The notes below the pieces were generated by a model. That model was not told the DNA's origin and ran no database searches. It worked only from the letters and a program-made list of their open reading frames with translations. DNA of 64,000 nucleotides from Acidimicrobiales bacterium (GTDB lineage Bacteria; Actinomycetota; Acidimicrobiia; Acidimicrobiales; Aldehydirespiratoraceae): NCBI GenBank assembly GCA_963422745.1, contig OY730477.1, forward strand, positions 1,400,880-1,464,879, given 5' to 3'. Below are positions 49,539 through 56,497 of this stretch, one piece after another (positions within the stretch are counted from its first letter, which is position 1; each line of letters opens with the position of its first letter). The position numbers were made by a program, and so were the translations under genes.

Positions 49539-49694
49539 CCAGAGCTGGGTAGCCTTCGCTCATCGGCGGCCGAAGCGGATTTCACGGCGATCGGCCCAGG
49601 TAGCCACAGTTGGGTAGCCTTCGCTCATGCCCGCAACATCGGCCTCACCGGAGGCTCGGGCCCAGGTAGCCACAGTTGGGTAGCCTTCGCCCAT
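49534..49694 (+). repeat. three 30-nt direct repeats separated by 35/36-nt unrelated spacers, spanning the rsmB stop to the mog start
   Basis: GGTAGCCA[GC]AG[CT]TGGGTAGCCTTCGC[TC]CAT occurs at 49534-49563, 49599-49628 and 49665-49694. Each copy holds two GGTAGCC heptamers 14 nt apart. Confidence 0.9.
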
Positions 49695-50169
49695 GATCGA
49701 GGTGAAGATCCTCACGGTGTCCGACGGTGTGGTGGCTGGCACACGCACAGATCGCTCCGGCGAGGCACTTGAAGCTCGTTTCGGCGCGGCTGGCTTCAAG
49801 GTCGTGCAACGTGGGGTAATCGAAGACGGCGAAGCAGCAGTAGCAGCCGCGTTACGCCGTCTCGCGGACGGGTTTCACGGGCTGATCGTGACCACCGGCG
49901 GCACTGGTTTTGGTCCCAGAGACCGCACCCCGGAGGGCACCAGGGCGGTCATTGACCGTGAGGCACCCGGTTTGGCCGAGGCGATGCGGCTCGTCAACCC
50001 GCTTGGCCGTCTCAGCCGGGCGGTTTCGGGCACGCTGGGCGAGACACTCATCATTAACACACCGGGCTCGGCGAAGGGATGCGTTGAAACGGTCGACGCG
50101 GTCATTGATGTCTTAGTTCATGCGGTACGTCTGCTTGTCGACAATTACGATCCACACCCCGGATCTTGA
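49693..50169 (+). CDS. mog: molybdopterin adenylyltransferase MogA/MoaB family
   Basis: KILTVSDGVVAGTRTDRSGE, LIVTTGGTGFGPRDRTPEG and INTPGSAKG motifs. Confidence 0.9.
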   Translation: MIEVKILTVSDGVVAGTRTDRSGEALEARFGAAGFKVVQRGVIEDGEAAVAAALRRLADGFHGLIVTTGGTGFGPRDRTPEGTRAVIDREAPGLAEAMRLVNPLGRLSRAVSGTLGETLIINTPGSAKGCVETVDAVIDVLVHAVRLLVDNYDPHPGS

Positions 50170-51203
50170 ACGACCACGACCCCATGCGGGTGGCTATGCG
50201 GGCCGCGGCGCGCATACGTCACTCCACCTCACCGAACCCTTGGGTTGGTGCTGTGGTAGTTCGAGCCGATGGGGATTGCTTCGTCGGGGCTACAGAGCCT
50301 GCAGGGGGGCGACACGGCGAGGTGGTCGCCCTTGATGCTGCGGGTGACGCCACCGGAGCCACGCTGTACACCACACTTGAGCCTTGTGTGCATGAGGGTC
50401 GTACCCGTGCGTGTACAGAGGCAATCATCGAGTCGGGTGTGGCCCGGGTAGTTGTTGCGATCACCGATCCCGACAGCCGTGTTGCCGGGGCAGGAATCGC
50501 CCGACTGACCCAAGCCGGGATCGCGGTGACCATGGGAGTGTGTGCTGGCGAGGCCGCCGCTCAGCTAGCCCCCTACCTTCATCACCGCATGACCGCCAGA
50601 CCGTGGGTCACGGCGAAGGTGGCGGCATCGCTCGACGGCCGAACTGCCGCGCCTGATGGGTCCTCGCAGTGGCTTACAGGACCCGAGGCCCGCTGCGACG
50701 CGCACCGTCTCAGAGCGTGCTCGGATGCTGTGATTGTCGGGGCGCGCACCGTTCGCTTTGATGACCCGTCGCTCACCGTTCGCGATTGGGTCCCGCCTGC
50801 TGGCACACCGGCCGCACGTGACCCGCAGCGAATCGTGCTTGGCTCCGCAGCTACTGATGCGCGGGTTCATCCCTGCATTGAGTGGACCGGAGACCCGGGC
50901 GTCTTGTTGGACCGCCTTGGTGCCTCAGACTTTGTTGGTGTGTTGGTTGAAGGTGGCGCCACGGTGCTCGGTGATCTCGCCAGAGCCGACCTCATCAACG
51001 AGTATGTGATCTACCTCGCTCCGGCTTTGCTACTGGGCGACAATGGCCGCCCGATGTTCGCTGGAACCGGGGTGCCGACAATGAGTGCTGTTACCCGCTG
51101 GGACATTGTTGACGTTGCCCGACTCGGTCCCGATGTGCGGGTAACGCTGCGCCCACCAACATCGCCAAGTGCGCCAGGAGTCGGTGCGCGAAGCGACGGG
51201 TAG
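50166..51203 (+). CDS. ribD: bifunctional riboflavin biosynthesis deaminase/reductase RibD
   Basis: NPWVGAVVV, HGEVVAL and TLEPCVHEGRTRAC (zinc deaminase site), then a reductase domain (KVAASLDGRTAA). ATGA-type overlap with mog. Confidence 0.93.
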   Translation: MNDHDPMRVAMRAAARIRHSTSPNPWVGAVVVRADGDCFVGATEPAGGRHGEVVALDAAGDATGATLYTTLEPCVHEGRTRACTEAIIESGVARVVVAITDPDSRVAGAGIARLTQAGIAVTMGVCAGEAAAQLAPYLHHRMTARPWVTAKVAASLDGRTAAPDGSSQWLTGPEARCDAHRLRACSDAVIVGARTVRFDDPSLTVRDWVPPAGTPAARDPQRIVLGSAATDARVHPCIEWTGDPGVLLDRLGASDFVGVLVEGGATVLGDLARADLINEYVIYLAPALLLGDNGRPMFAGTGVPTMSAVTRWDIVDVARLGPDVRVTLRPPTSPSAPGVGARSDG

Positions 51204-51214
51204 CCTCGGTTGTC

Positions 51215-52090
51215 GTGTTGAGGCTGGTTCTGCCCAAGGGTTCGCTGGAGACAGCCACGCTTGAACTCTTCAGGGCAGCCAACCTCGCTGTCTTACGGTC
51301 TTCAGCGGTGACCTACCGAGCAACGATCGACGATCCGCGGATTTCGTCGGTGCGGATCTTGCGCCCGCAGGAGATTCCGACATATGTGGCCGAGGGACTC
51401 TTCGACGTCGGGATAACCGGGCATGACTGGATAACCGAAACCGGTTCCGACGTTGTCACGCTGGGTGAACTTCGCTACTCAAAGAACACCTCCAGACCGG
51501 TACGGATCGTGCTGGCGGTCCCCGAGGATGCCCCCTGGCATTCGCTGGCGGATCTGCCTAAAGGCGTTCGCGTCAGCACCGAATATCCCGAGCTAACCCG
51601 CCGCCACCTATCTGCGGCCGGAGTCGTTGCCGATGTACGTCTCAGCCATGGTGCCACCGAAGCCAAGGTTCCAGACATCGTAGATGCTGTGGTAGATCTC
51701 ACAGAGACTGGCGGAGCGCTCGCGGCGGCGGGTCTGCGCATCATCGACACGCTGCTCGTTAGTCGCACCGCGCTGATAGCCAACCCGTCCTCGTTCGCCG
51801 ATCCCGCCAAGGCCCACGCAATGCGTCAGATCGAGACGCTGTTGCAGGGAGTACTGGAGGCTCGAGGCAAGGTGCTGGTCAAGATGAACGTGCCTATCGA
51901 TGCGCTGGACGATGTGATATCTGTGCTTCCGTCGTTGAAGTCGCCAACGGTCAATGAGTTGTTTCGTGGTGCCGGTTATGCGGTGGAGACCGTGGCTGCA
52001 CGCGACGAGATCAACATCTTGATCCCGCAGCTACGTGACAAGGGTGCGACTGGCATCATCGAACTGCCTATAGCCAAGATCATTTCGTGA
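51215..52090 (+). CDS. hisG: ATP phosphoribosyltransferase, long form
   Basis: LRLVLPKGSLE, DVGITGHDW, LTETGGAL, and a C-terminal regulatory domain. 291 aa. Confidence 0.93.
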   Translation: MLRLVLPKGSLETATLELFRAANLAVLRSSAVTYRATIDDPRISSVRILRPQEIPTYVAEGLFDVGITGHDWITETGSDVVTLGELRYSKNTSRPVRIVLAVPEDAPWHSLADLPKGVRVSTEYPELTRRHLSAAGVVADVRLSHGATEAKVPDIVDAVVDLTETGGALAAAGLRIIDTLLVSRTALIANPSSFADPAKAHAMRQIETLLQGVLEARGKVLVKMNVPIDALDDVISVLPSLKSPTVNELFRGAGYAVETVAARDEINILIPQLRDKGATGIIELPIAKIIS

Positions 52091-52407
52091 TCGCGGGACC
52101 CGCAAGGCTCCGGCACGGAACGGTTGCCAGCTTTGACGAGGCAGCCGGTTTGGGCACCCTGATTGAGGATCCGACGACGCCAACGCATCCCGAGGGTACC
52201 GATCGGACCCAGTCGGCTTTGATCAGCCCGGCCCTGGATTCCTCCAATGTTCCGATCCGATCCGATGCATTGGTTGTGGGATTTCATTGCGCGGCCATCG
52301 CCGACGGGTCCCGCACGATCTGTGTTGGTGAACGCGTTGTGTTCCGGTTGCGAGCTGGAAATCACGGAAGCTGGGAGGCGATCGACATCGTTTCGGTCCA
52401 AAGGTGA
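52087..52407 (+). CDS. cold-shock-domain-like protein with internal insertion
   Basis: GTVASFDEAAGLGTLIED parallels GxVKWFNxxKGFGFI, and VVGFHCAAIADGSRTICVGERVVFRL..G..G.EAIDI parallels VFVHFSAI..G...L.EGQ.V.F. About 28 extra residues sit between the two halves. GTGA overlap with hisG. Confidence 0.6.
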   Translation: MIAGPARLRHGTVASFDEAAGLGTLIEDPTTPTHPEGTDRTQSALISPALDSSNVPIRSDALVVGFHCAAIADGSRTICVGERVVFRLRAGNHGSWEAIDIVSVQR

Positions 52408-52425
52408 GACCCGCCGTGACCCACC

Positions 52426-52475
52426 CACTGTGACGTGGATTGCACAGTGTGTGGATTGCACTGTGACATGGATTT
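52426..52475. terminator. three tandem 16-17-nt units forming alternative hairpins between convergent genes (candidate bidirectional terminator)
   Basis: CACTGTGACGTGGATTG / CACAGTGTGTGGATTG / CACTGTGACATGGATTT. CACTGTG and CACAGTG are reverse complements, giving 7-bp stems with 9-10-nt loops. The element lies between the stop at 52407 (+) and the stop at 52477 (-). Confidence 0.3.
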
Positions 52476-52476
52476 C

Positions 52477-52956
52477 TCAGCTGGGACCGGCTCGGTTCTT
52501 GATCTGCACGAATGCCATCCGGATCCGGTCCAGCGCTTCGCTAATCGTGGTGTCATACTCACCGAGACGTCCCCCAAGACGCTCCACGATGGCTGCAACC
52601 GAGTCGATTGCCAGGCTTGCTGCGGCGAAGTCGGGTTCGTCCTGGGACAAATGCAAAGCGGCGAGTTCGTAGAGTCCCATGGCATGGTTGGCTACGATCG
52701 TCGTAGCAGGTGTGTTCAGGAGACGTTCGCGGGCGGCCGTCATCTCCTTCACGATCTTTGTGGCCTCGGCCCGCTGCTCTGGTGTGAGGTCGTCAAGGGT
52801 CGTGCCTTCGGGCAGAACCGCCGCAATGGCATCGGCGGATACTTCCGCATCATCCGGGGAAGACGCAGCATCGGGGGAGGAATCGGGTGTAGTATCGGGC
52901 TGCTCCGGTTTGGGAGAGACCTTGTGTTCGCCGCCGGGTGTCCACAGTGAAGCCAT
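52477..52956 (-). CDS. DUF1844-like protein (acidic, low-complexity N-terminus and helical C-domain)
   Basis: ANHAMGLYELAALHL...DFAAASLAIDSVAAIVERLGGRLGE...ALDRIRMAFVQ resembles the DUF1844 pattern seen next to infC in actinobacteria (from memory). ATG 52956 (MASLWTPGG...) is preferred over the track start at 52977. Confidence 0.7.
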   Translation of the reverse strand: MASLWTPGGEHKVSPKPEQPDTTPDSSPDAASSPDDAEVSADAIAAVLPEGTTLDDLTPEQRAEATKIVKEMTAARERLLNTPATTIVANHAMGLYELAALHLSQDEPDFAAASLAIDSVAAIVERLGGRLGEYDTTISEALDRIRMAFVQIKNRAGPS

Positions 52957-53200
52957 GGGTGATACCCTACCGATCACAATTCAGCGGGAAGTGGAGAGGA
53001 TTCCGATTCTCTTTCACCTGCCCATCGATGCAGATGTGGCGGGTCGGCCAACCGGCACCCGATGATCCTTCCCGTTATGGATGGCTCTCGGATTTCGCGG
53101 ACGTCGACTCCCGGCGTACGCGTTGCTCTTCGGCCTTGCCGATCGGCGTGCGGACGTTCCACCAAGACGGAGGTTCCGTGCACACGAGGAGTTCAGGGCG

Positions 53201-53806
53201 ATAGCAGCGCCAAGCGACGAACCGAGGATCAACGAACGGATACGTGCCCGGGAAGTAAGACTTGTCGGCCAAAACGGCGATCAGATCGGAATCAGATCTT
53301 TAGCCGAAGCGCTTTTTTCCGCCCGTGCCGCTGGCCTTGACCTCGTTGAGGTATCCGATCAGTCCAACCCACCGGTCTGTCGGATCATGGATTACGGCAA
53401 GCACAAGTACGAAGCCGAGCAGCGAGCCAAGGAGTCACGCAAGAGGGCGTCGAATCTCACGGTCAAGGAGATGAAGTACCGACCCAAGATCGGAGTCGGA
53501 GACTTCGCCACGAAGACCCGAAAGGTTGAGGAGTTTCTCAGTGCTGGCCACAAGGTCAAGGTGACGATCATGTTCAGGGGTCGCGAGATGCAGCACCCCG
53601 AGCTGGGACGCCGGATCCTCGACAACGTGGCGGGAGCGGTAGAACATGTCGCCAAGGTTGAGTTCCATCCTCGCCAGGACGGCCGCAACATGGTGATGGT
53701 GCTCGCACCCGACAAGAAGGCGCAGGCGCGTCACCAACAGGACCTCAAAAGACAGCGAGCCGCCGCCGAGGCTGGCAAGGCTGTCACCCCCGACACCAGA
53801 AGTTAG
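53201..53806 (+). CDS. infC: translation initiation factor IF-3, probable non-canonical ATA start
   Basis: [23 protein letters not shown]..., LDLVEVS...[15 protein letters not shown], and [25 protein letters not shown] (53186-53191) lies 9 nt upstream of in-frame ATA 53201. The only canonical in-frame start is ATG 53081, which adds 40 Arg-rich residues. Confidence 0.88.
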   Translation: MAAPSDEPRINERIRAREVRLVGQNGDQIGIRSLAEALFSARAAGLDLVEVSDQSNPPVCRIMDYGKHKYEAEQRAKESRKRASNLTVKEMKYRPKIGVGDFATKTRKVEEFLSAGHKVKVTIMFRGREMQHPELGRRILDNVAGAVEHVAKVEFHPRQDGRNMVMVLAPDKKAQARHQQDLKRQRAAAEAGKAVTPDTRS

Positions 53807-53810
53807 AACC

Positions 53811-54002
53811 ATGCCGAAGATGAAAACCCACAAGGGTGCAGCAGCACGCTTCGAACGCACCGGTACTGGCAAGATCAAGCGTCGTCGCAAGAACCGCAAT
53901 CACATCCTTGAAAAGAAGACCTCGAAGCGCAAGCGGCGCCTTCGTCGGCCCACAGTTGTCTCCAAAGCCGATGAGTCACGCCTACACGATCTAGGTATCT
54001 AA
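53811..54002 (+). CDS. rpmI: 50S ribosomal protein L35
   Basis: [26 protein letters not shown]... Confidence 0.97.
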   Translation: MPKMKTHKGAAARFERTGTGKIKRRRKNRNHILEKKTSKRKRRLRRPTVVSKADESRLHDLGI

Positions 54003-54140
54003 GGCTCCGTCGGGCGCTTGCACGACGACTTCAGATCCCCGCAACGGCAGGGTCTGTTGGGCGCTGAGGTCCGACCCGATGAAATCAACGATTAAACCCG
54101 AAAAGCAACCAACAATGACGTACCGACAAGGGAGAAGGTA

Positions 54141-54515
54141 ATGGCACGCGTGAAGCGTTCGGTCCATTCCAGGAAGCGCCGGAGGGTGATCCTCAAGCGG
54201 GCCAAAGGTCACTACGGCAACAGGTCGCGTTCGTGGAAGTCCGCTAATGAGTCGGTGATGCACGCTGGCAACTACGCGTTTCGCGATCGTCGGGCGCGCA
54301 AAGGCCAGTTTCGCAGGTTGTGGATCCAGCGGATCAACGCGGCGTGTCGTCAAAACGGCACCACCTACAGCCGTTTGATCGCCGGGCTGCGGGTCGCCGG
54401 TATTGACATTGACCGCAAGAACCTTGCCGATCTAGCCGTCACTGACCCCGCCGCGTTCACCGCCATCGTGCAAACAGCCAGCGCCGCAGGAGCCGAGGCT
54501 CGGTCGGCGTCTTAA
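54141..54515 (+). CDS. rplT: 50S ribosomal protein L20
   Basis: [26 protein letters not shown]...[24 protein letters not shown]. Confidence 0.97.
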   Translation: MARVKRSVHSRKRRRVILKRAKGHYGNRSRSWKSANESVMHAGNYAFRDRRARKGQFRRLWIQRINAACRQNGTTYSRLIAGLRVAGIDIDRKNLADLAVTDPAAFTAIVQTASAAGAEARSAS

Positions 54516-54527
54516 CGTTGAACAGCC

Positions 54528-55331
54528 GTGACGGAGCCACGCAGAGTTCTCACCGGCAGTCATCCGCGTATCGCCGAACTGCTTCGGCTGGCCCGGCGGG
54601 GAACTTCACGCTCCGCGGAGGTCCTCATTGAGGGTCCGCGAACAATAATCGAGGCGCTCGAGGCCGGTTTGATCCAGCGTTCGGTGATTGTCGCAGAGTC
54701 TGCTGAATCTGCCCCGGCAGTATCGGATGTACTTGCGCGTGTTTGCTCAACCGGTGATGTGGAAGTTCTGGTCGTTCGAGATGCCGTGTTTGCCAAGTTG
54801 GCCCGAACCGTCACGCCACAGCCGTTGCTTGGCGTTGTACAACGGCGTTGGGCTGACCTGCCGGGATCTATCGGTGAAACCGATGTCTGGTTGGTTTTGG
54901 TCGGTGTCGGCGATCCTGGCAACGTAGGCACCCTGGTCAGGTCCGCGCATGCCTTCGGTGCCGCGGGGGTTGTAGTCGTTGGCGGTGCGGACCCTTGGGG
55001 TCCCAAAGCGGTGCGTGCCTCGGCGGGTTCGGTGCTTCGCATGAAGTTGGTATCTGATTCCGACGTTGTTCAACCGCTTGAGGCGCTTAGACGCGCCGGT
55101 GCCAGAATCGTCGCCACCGATGTCCGTAACGGATTGCTGTCGCGGGACAACGGTGTGCTCAGAGCACCTGTTGCAATCGTGCTGGGTCCCGAGTCCGCCG
55201 GTCTGAATCGCTCGATTTCTGCATCGGTGGATGCATGGTGCCGTATTGACATGCCCGGCGGCACCGAGTCCCTCAACGTTGCAATGGCGGGCACGCTTTT
55301 GTTATATGAGACACTCCGACGTGTCGTGTGA
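54528..55331 (+). CDS. TrmH/SpoU-family RNA 2'-O-methyltransferase
   Basis: GVGDPGNVGTLVRSAHAFGA, IVLGPESAGL and IDMPGGTESLNVAMAGTLLLYE (SPOUT knot motifs). It occupies the position of tsnR after rplT in mycobacteria. Confidence 0.88.
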   Translation: MTEPRRVLTGSHPRIAELLRLARRGTSRSAEVLIEGPRTIIEALEAGLIQRSVIVAESAESAPAVSDVLARVCSTGDVEVLVVRDAVFAKLARTVTPQPLLGVVQRRWADLPGSIGETDVWLVLVGVGDPGNVGTLVRSAHAFGAAGVVVVGGADPWGPKAVRASAGSVLRMKLVSDSDVVQPLEALRRAGARIVATDVRNGLLSRDNGVLRAPVAIVLGPESAGLNRSISASVDAWCRIDMPGGTESLNVAMAGTLLLYETLRRVV

Positions 55332-55368
55332 AGCGTGTCGCAGTTCGGTGCCCTACCCTGTCCCCGAC

Positions 55369-56367
55369 ATGATCTCCGAACTGCTCGCCGCAGTCGACGA
55401 CGCCGAACAACGTCTCTTGTCGGCGGCTGACCTTGAAGCCGTACGGATCATCGACACCGAGATGCTGGGTCGCCGCTCGCCAATTTCGGCTCTCAAGAGA
55501 CGGCTCGGTACATTTGATCCCGAGGTCCGCAAGCAGATAGGGCGCCAGATCAACGAGCTGCGCAGCCGCCTCGAAGAATCGGTGGCGACAGCTCGGGAAC
55601 GCCTGGTAGCCGCCCAGCGCAGCGCTCGCTACGAAGCTGAGCGCCTTGATCTGACCGAAAGGCTCGCCCGCAGGCGGAGAGGTTCGCTGCATCTGATCAC
55701 CCAGGCCCGGGATCGGCTTGAGGACGTGTTCATTGCCATGGGATTTCAGGTGGCGGAGGGACCCGAAGTGGAAACTGCCTGGTACAACTTCGAAGCTCTC
55801 AACATTCCCGACTGGCACCCGGCTCGGGGCAGCTTCGACACGATTTTCGTCAACCTCGGCGAGCCTGAACAGGTTATGTTGCGCTCGCACACCTCGCCGG
55901 TGCAGATCCGCACGATGGAGGTCACCGCACCACCTATCCGCATAGTCGCTCCCGGGCGAACCTACCGAGCCGACACATCTGACTCGACTCATCTGCCAGC
56001 GTTCAACCAGATTGAGGGACTGGTAGTCGATCGGGGTATCACGCTCGGTGATCTTGCTGGCACGATCGAGGCATTCGTAGGTGCCTTCTTCGGTGCGGAG
56101 GTGAAGACCCGGCTGCGGCCGTCGTACTTTCCGTTCACCGAACCATCTGCGGAGTTCGACATATCCCGCCCCGATGGATCATGGCTCGAACTTGGCGGCT
56201 GCGGAATGGTCCATCCGAACGTATTGCGGAACTGTGGTATTGATCCCGAGCAATGGCAGGGCTTCGCCTTCGGTTTCGGCATTGACCGTCTAGCCGTGAT
56301 GCGTCACCATCTTGACGACATCCGTGAACTGGTGAACAACGACGTTCGCTTTCTCCGGCAGTTCTGA
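55369..56367 (+). CDS. pheS: phenylalanine--tRNA ligase alpha subunit
   Basis: NFEALNIPDWHPAR, LRSHTSPVQIR, and FPFTEPSAEFDI...GCGMVHPNVL...GFAFGFGIDRLAM. ATG 55369 is preferred over the track start at 55231, which overlaps the methyltransferase gene. Confidence 0.95.
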   Translation: MISELLAAVDDAEQRLLSAADLEAVRIIDTEMLGRRSPISALKRRLGTFDPEVRKQIGRQINELRSRLEESVATARERLVAAQRSARYEAERLDLTERLARRRRGSLHLITQARDRLEDVFIAMGFQVAEGPEVETAWYNFEALNIPDWHPARGSFDTIFVNLGEPEQVMLRSHTSPVQIRTMEVTAPPIRIVAPGRTYRADTSDSTHLPAFNQIEGLVVDRGITLGDLAGTIEAFVGAFFGAEVKTRLRPSYFPFTEPSAEFDISRPDGSWLELGGCGMVHPNVLRNCGIDPEQWQGFAFGFGIDRLAVMRHHLDDIRELVNNDVRFLRQF

Positions 56368-56497
56368 TGAAGGTAGCTGTTGGTGGAGGTGGTCAACGGC
56401 TGGGTGTAAGGCCGCCTGAGCGACTGTTTGAAGCACCCGATACAGCAACGCTTGCGTTGCCAACTGGGCCAGCATCTGCGTTTCTGGGTCTCCTCGA

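Noticed and set aside
49539-49692. Possible Moco or FMN riboswitch upstream of mog-ribD (CCGGAGGCTCGGG reads like part of a Moco motif on the minus strand)
   Set aside because: The resemblance is on the wrong strand for the downstream genes and covers only a few nucleotides. ribD overlaps mog, so there is no room for an FMN element.
49534-49694. CRISPR-like geometry: a 30-nt repeat with 35/36-nt unique spacers
   Set aside because: There are only three copies. The first contains the rsmB stop and the last the mog start codon. The repeat is an internal direct repeat (GGTAGCC x2) rather than a palindromic CRISPR repeat. There are no cas genes or leader in the window.
52435-52950. 171-aa + strand ORF opposite the DUF1844-like gene
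   Set aside because: It is Cys/Gly/Arg-rich with no domain. The minus-strand frame has a conserved-looking helical C-domain and a sensible start (ATG 52956), divergent from infC.
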